Origin: Candidatus Lokiarchaeum ossiferum
GTDB lineage: Archaea; Asgardarchaeota; Lokiarchaeia; Sigyniarchaeales; Promethearchaeaceae
Direction of reading: 5' to 3'
Length of the DNA: 32,000 bases
NCBI GenBank assembly: GCA_025839675.1
Contig: CP104013.1
Location: forward strand, 300,001 to 332,000
Part shown: piece by piece, positions 1 to 7,842 of the stretch
Numbering within the stretch: position 1 is the first letter of the stretch
Layout of the letters: the number at the start of each line of letters is the position of its first letter
The notes under the pieces: model-generated
The model's database searches: none
Told to the model about the DNA's origin: nothing
What the model saw: the letters and a program-made list of their open reading frames with translations, nothing else
Program-made: the position numbers and the translations under genes

Positions 1-356
1 TGTTGGCAAGAATACAATATCTAAATATTAATCTGAGTATTTAAAGGTTTTGATCATAAGACAACTAAATGTTAATTAAATTACTAAAATCCCGGATAAC
101 AGTTTTAAAAATTAAATAATGAGAAATATTTGTTTAATTAAAAATATCTCAACCGATTTTCATTGAGTAATAAATCGGAAATTTCAGATTCCCAATAGAA
201 GCACTTTAATCGAATAGAACCAATCGATGGAAAAAATTCTATACTAAAAATTTTATTTTAAAATAAATTTAGCAAATGATTAGGGTTTAATAAAATTTGA
301 TTAAAAGTAGATGAATTTTACAAGTACTCAGTTAAAATTGACCTTTCATTAAAATC

Positions 357-1070
357 TTAATACTTAGCGAGAAATTCTAATATTTCAGGAAGTTCGTGGA
401 TAACCATAATATTGTCAAAAGAATATTTATGGTTTTGATCCAACAAAACAGGAATCATCCCAATTCTCTTAGCCATTTCAATGTCCATTTTCAAATCATC
501 ACCTACATGAATAATCTTTTTTGGATTCGTTGTTTGCATTAATTCCACTGCAGTTTGATAAACCTCTATATCATCTTTATTGTACCCATAATCTTGAGAG
601 TGAATAAAAATATCAAAAAAGTCAAAAATCCCGAGTTCTTTTAGTTTGGAATGAACTTTCATACGATCTCCATTAGTTAATAAACCAATCTTCAAATTTT
701 TTCTCTTAATTTGTTCAAGAGTTTCTTTACAGCCAGAATTCAAACTAAAATAATTAAAGAAGTTCTCTTGGAATTCTTCACTAATGATTTTGCTTGATCC
801 TTCTCGTTTCAGTCCTATAGTATCAAGCATAATTCCATTAAGGTTATTTCTTTCATCATTTGTTAAATTCATATAACTTCTCCCATAAGCATATTGAAGT
901 CGATTTATTTCTTCCATTTGTTTTTGTAAACCCTTATTTATTAGAGTATTGCTAAGAACCACGTCAGAACCTAAACGATTTAATATTCTGGACCATACCT
1001 TATAATAAGCACGAACTGAATCGATTAGTGTTCCAAAGAAATCGAAATATATCCCAATAATTTTGTCCAT
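357..1070 (-). CDS. HAD-superfamily hydrolase (haloacid-dehalogenase-like subtype)
   Basis: The ORF is 357..1085, but its listed start is GTG. The ATG at 1070 gives MDKIIGIYFDFFGTL, placing HAD motif I right at the N-terminus. Other motifs are LLTNG (motif II region) and HVGDDLKMDIEMAKRIGM (motif IV). Motif I reads D-F-F, not DxD. Confidence 0.8.
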   Translation of the reverse strand: MDKIIGIYFDFFGTLIDSVRAYYKVWSRILNRLGSDVVLSNTLINKGLQKQMEEINRLQYAYGRSYMNLTNDERNNLNGIMLDTIGLKREGSSKIISEEFQENFFNYFSLNSGCKETLEQIKRKNLKIGLLTNGDRMKVHSKLKELGIFDFFDIFIHSQDYGYNKDDIEVYQTAVELMQTTNPKKIIHVGDDLKMDIEMAKRIGMIPVLLDQNHKYSFDNIMVIHELPEILEFLAKY

Positions 1071-1246
1071 TATTAAATTTGGCACCTTTCCAACATTTCA
1101 AGTCCATATCAAATTAAATCTTATCTGCTTCAAAAATGAATAACAACTTGCTAATAAACAACATGAATACATTTTTTTTCTAATTCTTTGATAATTTATT
1201 CATATCAGAACTTACGAAGAAAACCAATAGAAGAAAATACTTGGCG

Positions 1247-1801
1247 TTATTTAATTTGTTCGTAATATTTTAATCTATTTAACATTAAATTATAAATTGG
1301 ATCATCAGATAATGCATTCGTTGCCAAATTTGCAAAAAACTTACTTTTTTTAAGAAGATAATTATAGTTATCCATTCCATCTACATAATTTTTAGCGGAA
1401 TAAATAAAATAACTTAAATTATCGTAGATATCTGCAGCTTTGACTATTAATGCGCTTTTCCCGTGATTTAGACAACGTTTAAACATATCTTGATATCTCT
1501 CTTCTAAATTTGCAATTTCGACATTAAAAGAATTGATTGCAACAAGTTCTGCAATTTCATTACCAAATTTCTCAGCAATATCGCTTTTAGTAATTGATGA
1601 ATCCTCAATTAAATCATGCAATATACCTGCAATTATTACAAATTTCGGATAATTGAATCTCAATATTGTCATTCCTACACGTATACTATGCAAAATTACT
1701 GGCTTAGGATTGTTTCCAGAAGAAAGAATATTCTTGACTAGAAAGTTAATTGCGTTCTCAATTTCTTTATCTGAAGAATGATCGTGGAAAATGGAATACA
1801 T
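1247..1801 (-). CDS. Stand-alone HD-domain phosphohydrolase of the RelA/SpoT (Mesh1/SAH-like) hydrolase type
   Basis: 184 aa. Motifs HSIRVG, AGILHDLIEDS, KFGNEIAELV and ALIVKAADIYDNL match the H..., HD..ED and KxADxxxN pattern of the (p)ppGpp-hydrolase HD_4 family. There is no synthetase domain. Confidence 0.75.
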   Translation of the reverse strand: MYSIFHDHSSDKEIENAINFLVKNILSSGNNPKPVILHSIRVGMTILRFNYPKFVIIAGILHDLIEDSSITKSDIAEKFGNEIAELVAINSFNVEIANLEERYQDMFKRCLNHGKSALIVKAADIYDNLSYFIYSAKNYVDGMDNYNYLLKKSKFFANLATNALSDDPIYNLMLNRLKYYEQIK

Positions 1802-1966
1802 ACTTTTAATAAAATTTTAATCTAAATAAGCTTAATTAGATATCAAGATTTTATTTGTATCAGAAAATGTTCATCCTTATTTCTTTTGGAGTATCTAGTT
1901 TCTTGGTTGTAGATGGTTAATGGTTTACCGTTTATTGAACCGCAAATATGATTTATAGAAAAAAAT

Positions 1967-2812
1967 TTATAATTTATTAAGAAACTTATCAAAGTATTCA
2001 TAGAATTCTTCTTTATTCCCTAAATGCACATTGTGGTCGGGAAGTGACATTTCATAAGCAACACAATTTGAAAGTAAAGATTGCATTTTTTGATAATCTT
2101 CATCAGGCACCGCCTCATGACTACTAGATCTTATAATGATGACTGGACACTTAATTTTTGGTAATATATGGTACCAATTCTGTTCATATGCAATATTTGC
2201 TGTCATCGCTTGAGTACTGAACATCATTTGATATCCCTCTATTGTCTCCACTAAGCTATTCATGAAATATTGATAACCCAGGTCTGAATCAGTTTCCTTT
2301 TTGATTAATTCCATCGCTTCATTTAATGTAGGAAATGGCAAGGGCCAATTATTTGTAACTGGGTCTTTTAGATTGATTTGTTCAAGAGGTGTTCTATTCT
2401 GTTTAAGAGGTCCAGCAGGGGATTTATCAAGTAAACCAAGTGCTTTGACGTAATTTGGGTAGAGATCAGTAAAATAACTTGCAATACGCCCCCCCATTGA
2501 ATGACCCACTAATATAATTGACTTTATTTCTAAGTAATTCAGCAATTTGTAAAGATCTTCAGCCATTTCTTCTGCTGTATACTTTGAAATGGGTTTACTG
2601 CTAAGTCCATGCCCTCTTTGATCTGGTGCAATAATTCGATATTTATTTCCATATTTTTGGATAAAATCGGCCCAAACTTCTGCTCGACCCCATCTACCAT
2701 GAAGACACACAATCACAGGTTTTTCTGATTTTGTATCAAAATAAAACAAATCAATATCCTTCAATTTAACTAATTCTCTATAAATCTTTACTTTTTTCAT
2801 ATGATCGCTCAC
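1967..2812 (-). CDS. Alpha/beta-fold hydrolase
   Basis: 281 aa with VCLHG (oxyanion region), the GHSMGG nucleophile elbow, and C-terminal D...H (PDHNVH). The listed start is GTG; an ATG four codons in (2800) is an alternative. Confidence 0.85.
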   Translation of the reverse strand: MSDHMKKVKIYRELVKLKDIDLFYFDTKSEKPVIVCLHGRWGRAEVWADFIQKYGNKYRIIAPDQRGHGLSSKPISKYTAEEMAEDLYKLLNYLEIKSIILVGHSMGGRIASYFTDLYPNYVKALGLLDKSPAGPLKQNRTPLEQINLKDPVTNNWPLPFPTLNEAMELIKKETDSDLGYQYFMNSLVETIEGYQMMFSTQAMTANIAYEQNWYHILPKIKCPVIIIRSSSHEAVPDEDYQKMQSLLSNCVAYEMSLPDHNVHLGNKEEFYEYFDKFLNKL

Positions 2813-3078
2813 TTAAATACGATTATAATTCACATAACGAAGTCCTATCCATTTTCTAAGAGAGTTTTCGTCATGAATTCTCATATTTTCTTAAAATTGC
2901 AATAAATATAAAACTGATTTCTATATTGAATTTATTATTTATATTATAAATTAGTTATTTTCTAAGAGAAAATGCTTGTGACCATTGTGTACAGAAAAAA
3001 AGAAAGATTAATTCATTCATCTTTATATTCAACTTTCTTTTTTTACCAAAAAATACATTCTGGTATTATCTACATACT

Positions 3079-4731
3079 TCATATCGAATTTATTTCTTCA
3101 TCATTTTCTATCTCAGGAAAGAATTTGTGGATTCCAATCCGAAATTTTTCGCGAAGAATTTCCAGTTTATCAGGTTCAGCAGTTAAGTTGACATTTCTTA
3201 TATATGACAAGCATTCATCATCTAAAATAAATTTCCTTAACAAAATCAATCGATTCCGTAAATTTCGATTATGAGTTGCTACCAAAATACTAAAAAGAAA
3301 TTTGTCCTCACTTGATAACACCACCAACGAAATCCCTTCAAATTCTATAGATTTTAATGAACCTTTTATAAAAATTGTTTCAGCTAAGGAGTTAATTGCA
3401 TGAATTAATGCACCAACTAATTCTTTTGGTGATCCATGTTGTATATCAAACTTTCCTTTTGAGTAAAGCATTATACCTGAAGGTGAAACGATAAAAATCG
3501 CATTAGCTTTCCCCATTTTAAGCAAAGTATGAGGTACTATTAGAATGAGCAGAAAAGATATTATTAAAATACTGATAGAAATCCAGATTGAAATGTATAT
3601 TTCAAATCTTTGATCAAAAAATCCACCAATTAATGATCCTATGAAATCAAATATAAAACTTATCCCAAAAGTTAATCCAGAATAAAGAAATCGCAGTCTG
3701 GGAGGGGTAATATCAGCTATTTTTAGAACTCCAAATTCTAAGATCAAGTAATAACCAGTTACCTCAAAAAGAAGACTTATTACTGAGAACGGTAAATAAA
3801 TTCCAATAAACATTGAGATTAAAGTAGATATGATCGCCATTAAGAATATTAAATATCTTCCCCCTTTATCAGAGAGCCATCCAAATATAAAAGCACAGGA
3901 ACCTGAAATTATAAAACTAAGAGCTCGCAATGAACAAGTTGAATCAATACGAAGATGGGCCAAGATTAACGAATGGGCAATTCCATTTCCTATAAAGAAG
4001 ATAGAGACTGCAGAAATTGTAAAGATCACATTTTTATCAAATATGGGAATTATTTTTTCTCGGATTTTGGGACTTAAATTATGGATTGATTTTGGCTCCT
4101 TCCATCTAAAAAAACGCCAGAGAATTACCATACCAAATATTGCTATTCCTATCCAAACTAAGATTAAAATGTTAAGATTTATCTCAGGTTTAAGGTTGAA
4201 GCTATAATTTATCATAGTAATTATCGATGTAAAAAATAACGCTAAGCCAATGCTCAATCCAATGGTTTTCCCACGATCTTCTGGAAATAGTGAGCGACTT
4301 ATCAATAATGTTAGATAAGCGTATGATCCATAGCTCAAAAAGCTAAAAATGGGGAGATAGATGAAAAACCAAATAATTTTACTCAAATTCGGTGAAACGT
4401 GAGTCAATAAATATGATATTGATAAAATTAAAATTGTTACTGAAAAAAAAAAGAGAATAATTTTTTTATTATTTGATTTCAGATTAAAATTTTTAAAAAA
4501 CAAGAAAATCCAGATGATACAAAACAATATTGCCGAAAAGAGCATTATAATAAAGAAATTTTGAAAGAATATTGTCCTTTCATCAACATTAAAACTAATA
4601 AATGCGAGATTTAATAATATGGTCCCTCCAATTCCAGCATCAATCAAAAAACATAGAAACGCAATTAATAGGGTATAACTCACTTCTTTTTGTTTGAAAC
4701 TAAATTTTTCATTATCAATTGAATGTTGCAC
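3079..4731 (-). CDS. MFS-type 12-TM membrane protein fused to a C-terminal soluble alpha/beta (longin/roadblock-like) domain
   Basis: 550 aa. I count 6+6 hydrophobic helices with a basic central loop. MFS motif-A-like FGWLSDKGGRY lies between TM8 and TM9, with PEDRGKTIG after TM4 and TPPRLRFLYSG after TM10. The C-terminal ~145 aa (approx. 3082..3520) is soluble: AIFIVSPSGIMLYSKG...ELVGALIHAINSLAETIF...LKSIEFEGISLVVLSSEDKFLFSILV. Start codon is GTG. Confidence 0.7.
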   Translation of the reverse strand: MQHSIDNEKFSFKQKEVSYTLLIAFLCFLIDAGIGGTILLNLAFISFNVDERTIFFQNFFIIMLFSAILFCIIWIFLFFKNFNLKSNNKKIILFFFSVTILILSISYLLTHVSPNLSKIIWFFIYLPIFSFLSYGSYAYLTLLISRSLFPEDRGKTIGLSIGLALFFTSIITMINYSFNLKPEINLNILILVWIGIAIFGMVILWRFFRWKEPKSIHNLSPKIREKIIPIFDKNVIFTISAVSIFFIGNGIAHSLILAHLRIDSTCSLRALSFIISGSCAFIFGWLSDKGGRYLIFLMAIISTLISMFIGIYLPFSVISLLFEVTGYYLILEFGVLKIADITPPRLRFLYSGLTFGISFIFDFIGSLIGGFFDQRFEIYISIWISISILIISFLLILIVPHTLLKMGKANAIFIVSPSGIMLYSKGKFDIQHGSPKELVGALIHAINSLAETIFIKGSLKSIEFEGISLVVLSSEDKFLFSILVATHNRNLRNRLILLRKFILDDECLSYIRNVNLTAEPDKLEILREKFRIGIHKFFPEIENDEEINSI

Positions 4732-4787
4732 TAGTTAATTTTGTAGTATGAACTTATTAGTCTATGGTAACTATCTCACATTAATGT

Positions 4788-5007
4788 GAATAACCTAAAA
4801 AAAAAGTTTTAATCGATTAAGATGTGATTTTTTCTAGTAAATCAAAGGTTAATAAAGCCACACTTATTAATTGTTTAAAATTCACTGTATCCACCAATTC
4901 AAGATAATAAGATGTGGCATCAAGAATCCTTCCCATATTATACCAGAATATGTGTGTATCTATGTTCTAAAGTTCCTCCCATGTCTAAACATGTATAGTT
5001 TTTTTAT
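4788..5007 (-). pseudogene. Decayed internal fragment of a paralog of the 6595..7725 gene
   Basis: Manual alignment pairs 4788..5007 with 6752..6970, with most positions identical. The minus-strand translation is KKLYMFRHGRNFRT*IHT[1-nt frameshift]FWYNMGRILDATSYYLELVDTVNFKQLISVALLTFDLLEKITS*SIKTFF. The intact gene reads KKPYMFGHGRNFRSLKPPFFWYNVGTVLDATSYYPKLVNTLSFKQLLSVALLSFDSKGEITPKSIKTFF. The fragment has two in-frame stops and one frameshift. Confidence 0.75.
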
Positions 5008-5217
5008 TGCGTACAATGACTCTAAATCTTTAACCACTAAAATTTATTGATAATAATTGAAGAAAATTCTTTTTTTTTGTACTTAATAATTAAAATGGGA
5101 TAAATTCAATCTTAAGAAGCAAAATAACAGAGCATCTCGAATAATAACTTTATAATATACTAAAAAAAAATTTTTGTTAATACTTTAAAAATGATAAAAA
5201 CCAAATAAAATCGCTTA

Positions 5218-6330
5218 TTATGGTATAAATGAAAAATTCTTTTGTACATATTGGGATGCGGGTTCAAACATTGATATATGTTCCATTTCTTCATAGAATT
5301 CCGAAAATTTGCTATGAAAATCCTTAGTAAATTGAATTAAGGCATTTTTCAAAGATTTTGAGGCTTGAGTCGCTTCTAACATAAATACTAGCGGATGTTT
5401 ATGATCCCGATATAGAAGAATAACTCGATCTGCTAAGTGGATTTCTGATATTTCTCCCGTTAGAAGAATAGATTGAAAGACTTGATCAATTCCAATAATT
5501 AAACTACTAAGTAAGGTTTGTTGATCTGCTTCATTCATTGTTTTTGGAGTTTTTATTGTTTGTTCTGAAATTGATTCGAATTTATTTTTACTTTCCCAAT
5601 TATATGAGAAAATAGGTATTCCATTCTTTTCTTTAATTACATTCAGTTGATACACTTTAAAAGGTAATATAAAGGCTAATTTTGGCTCTTTTATCATTGC
5701 TATTGTCATAATTAATACTCCAATACCGAATGGTAACATATAAATTCCTGGCACCACCAAAGTGATGCCTGTAAGTATCAATATTGTTGTAATTACTCCC
5801 AAAATAAAACCTCCAATCAGATTTATTAATGTTATTGATTTTAAATACAACGGTGCAACGATATAGAGTTTGAAACAATAATAAACAAGTAATCCACTCA
5901 TAAACAAATTCAACGCAGTTTGTGTAAATCGTAATACACCTACCATTTGAAAGCTCGGATCTCCATTATCAAATGGTAAGGGTGCAATATTTCCTTCAAG
6001 AGATGAACTATAAAGAACAAGTGTCCCAAGAATTGATACCAAAATCAATTTTATTGGATCTAACCTTATTCTAATTAGAGAATCGACAAAAATTGTGATT
6101 ACTACTCCCGTAGGAACTAAAACCCAGATACTTATCCGATACAACCAAATACTTTCAAATATATAAGAAAATGCTTGAAATAATACAAATAATGATAAAA
6201 AGAACCATCCAATTGCCATTATCAAATAATGTCTAAATTTTTTGTTTTTAAAATTGATTAGAGCTAAAATAAATGAAGTACAAACTGGAACTAATGCTGA
6301 TAAGCAAAAAATTGCTTCAAGGGTAAACAT
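5218..6330 (-). CDS. 7-TM membrane protein with a C-terminal soluble alpha/beta (longin/roadblock-like) domain
   Basis: 370 aa with an ATG start. Seven hydrophobic helices span residues ~5-213. A soluble domain follows (approx. 5221..5686): YQLNVIKEKNGIPIFSYNWES...QQTLLSSLIIGIDQVFQSILLTGEISEIHLADRVILLYRDHKHPLVFMLEA...LKNALIQFTKDFHSKF. Confidence 0.65.
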   Translation of the reverse strand: MFTLEAIFCLSALVPVCTSFILALINFKNKKFRHYLIMAIGWFFLSLFVLFQAFSYIFESIWLYRISIWVLVPTGVVITIFVDSLIRIRLDPIKLILVSILGTLVLYSSSLEGNIAPLPFDNGDPSFQMVGVLRFTQTALNLFMSGLLVYYCFKLYIVAPLYLKSITLINLIGGFILGVITTILILTGITLVVPGIYMLPFGIGVLIMTIAMIKEPKLAFILPFKVYQLNVIKEKNGIPIFSYNWESKNKFESISEQTIKTPKTMNEADQQTLLSSLIIGIDQVFQSILLTGEISEIHLADRVILLYRDHKHPLVFMLEATQASKSLKNALIQFTKDFHSKFSEFYEEMEHISMFEPASQYVQKNFSFIP

Positions 6331-6594
6331 GATATAAATTTATAATAATCTTATACAAAAATATTTGCCTTATTGCATATTATTTGACAATTAAGATAGG
6401 ATAGTTGTAAATTTTCTCAGAGCAAAACAAAATTTAATCCTTCGTAAAAAATTGCATTTAGCAAATAGTAGAAGAATGATACTCATCCTTAGAGCAAATA
6501 TTGCACACGAGACTTCTGAATATGATTGAATAATTCTATTTGAAGATTTATTAGATCGTTAGTTGATAGAAATCTGTATTATTTATGATATTCC

Positions 6595-7725
6595 TTATTT
6601 TTTCTTAGTGGTGTCTTTTGATCCTGCGAATTGGTTTCCATCTAATTTTAAGACTTCGTTTATTAAAGAAACATTAGTATCGACTGCTCTTTTGCAAATG
6701 CTGGACAGATAATAAGTAACCCATGGGGAAAAATTCTTTTTCTGACCAAAGGAATAACCTTTAAAAAAAGTTTTAATCGATTTAGGGGTGATTTCTCCTT
6801 TTGAATCAAAAGATAATAAGGCTACACTTAGTAATTGTTTAAAACTCAAGGTATTAACTAATTTGGGATAGTAAGATGTGGCATCAAGGACCGTTCCAAC
6901 ATTATACCAGAAAAAGGGGGGCTTTAATGACCTGAAGTTTCTTCCATGTCCAAACATATATGGTTTTTTCGTAGATCGATCATTCCAGCAATTAAGTAAA
7001 GTTTTTCCGCACTTTATCAGATTTGCAGGCCTTTTGGCTAAAGGTATCTTATAATAACCTCGTAAAACATCAATTATTAACATTGGACAAACTTCATTTT
7101 TTCTTCCAGGTCCTCGAAATTGAGATTTCAATCCAGGTAAACATTTCCATCCAATGCCGTTCTCAGTATCTTCAACTAAATCGTTAATACGTGATATTGC
7201 GGATTTAACCGCTGATTTTTGTTCATATCCAAATAGAAGCATCAATGTAGTTATAAGATGATGATCACACAAGATACTTTCCCACATATTTAATTTTTCT
7301 TTTGTTTTCCGGTTATATACTTCCCCATACCAGAGAAATTGCCCTGTATCCTCGTCAGTATGCTCCAATAATGAGTCTAAAATATTTTTGATTCGAATAT
7401 CATCTTCTACCTTTATCCCCCAATTATGAAGCAATAATAGTTGATTAGGAATATAGCGAGGATCATTATGACCTGAAACCTTAAAATCTTTCCAACGGGG
7501 TAAATTTGATAATATAGCTTCTACTAAAGGATCCTTGAGCATTTTAGCTTTAGCATTTTGGACTGTGATATTTTTCTCTGGAAGTTCTAAAAGATCTGTG
7601 AGAGTTTTATAAACAGTGAAGGATTCTCCAGATCGTAACAATCTTTGGCGATTATCTTGTGGTATTAATTTTAACCAACTTGGTTTCACAGATAGTTTTT
7701 CTAGAATTTCGGGAGAATCTTCCAT
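6595..7725 (-). CDS. Conserved-looking hypothetical protein (possibly an alpha/alpha-toroid repeat fold; tentative)
   Basis: The long ORF is 6595..7842, but its first 39 codons are low-complexity (MSFCKCNNHNISS...) and overlap the divergent gene. The ATG at 7725 (MEDSPEILEKL...) is the more plausible start. D-x-G-x-x-W-like elements recur (EDTGQFLW, ENGIGW). I recognise no firm family. The partial paralog remnant at 4788..5007 shows amino-acid-level conservation, which supports this as a real gene. Confidence 0.6.
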   Translation of the reverse strand: MEDSPEILEKLSVKPSWLKLIPQDNRQRLLRSGESFTVYKTLTDLLELPEKNITVQNAKAKMLKDPLVEAILSNLPRWKDFKVSGHNDPRYIPNQLLLLHNWGIKVEDDIRIKNILDSLLEHTDEDTGQFLWYGEVYNRKTKEKLNMWESILCDHHLITTLMLLFGYEQKSAVKSAISRINDLVEDTENGIGWKCLPGLKSQFRGPGRKNEVCPMLIIDVLRGYYKIPLAKRPANLIKCGKTLLNCWNDRSTKKPYMFGHGRNFRSLKPPFFWYNVGTVLDATSYYPKLVNTLSFKQLLSVALLSFDSKGEITPKSIKTFFKGYSFGQKKNFSPWVTYYLSSICKRAVDTNVSLINEVLKLDGNQFAGSKDTTKKK

Positions 7726-7842
7726 ATTGTGAATTTTAATAACATTAATGCATTTTTTAATTTTCCCAACAAAACAGAAGATACAGTTTTTAAAGTAAAT
7801 GGTGCTTGAAATATTATGGTTATTACATTTACAAAAACTCAA

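Noticed and set aside
1-356. Possible gene end or RNA in the first 356 nt
   Set aside because: The only feature is a 7-codon open frame at the window edge (CWQEYNI*). There is no convincing ORF, RNA structure or repeat. It was left unannotated.
3830-4207. 125-aa plus-strand ORF inside the MFS-fusion gene. Similar internal or antisense ORFs occur at 2972..3274, 5657..5878, 9341..9535, 9452..9634, 11860..12084, 16543..16755, 16588..16830, 24756..25052, 25393..25584, 26824..27099 and 28963..29211.
   Set aside because: Each overlaps a longer ORF with recognisable motifs or a coherent TM topology. Their translations are low-complexity (Ile/Lys/Ser/Phe-rich), as expected from A/T-rich shadow frames.
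7726-7842. N-terminal 39-codon extension of the 6595..7842 ORF, and the 9-codon extension of the reductase from 7816
   Set aside because: The two extensions would overlap each other on opposite strands. The minus-strand extension is Cys/Asn/Ile-rich low complexity. Internal ATGs give canonical N-termini, in particular MESITDWYDLLIVGAG for the Rossmann fold.
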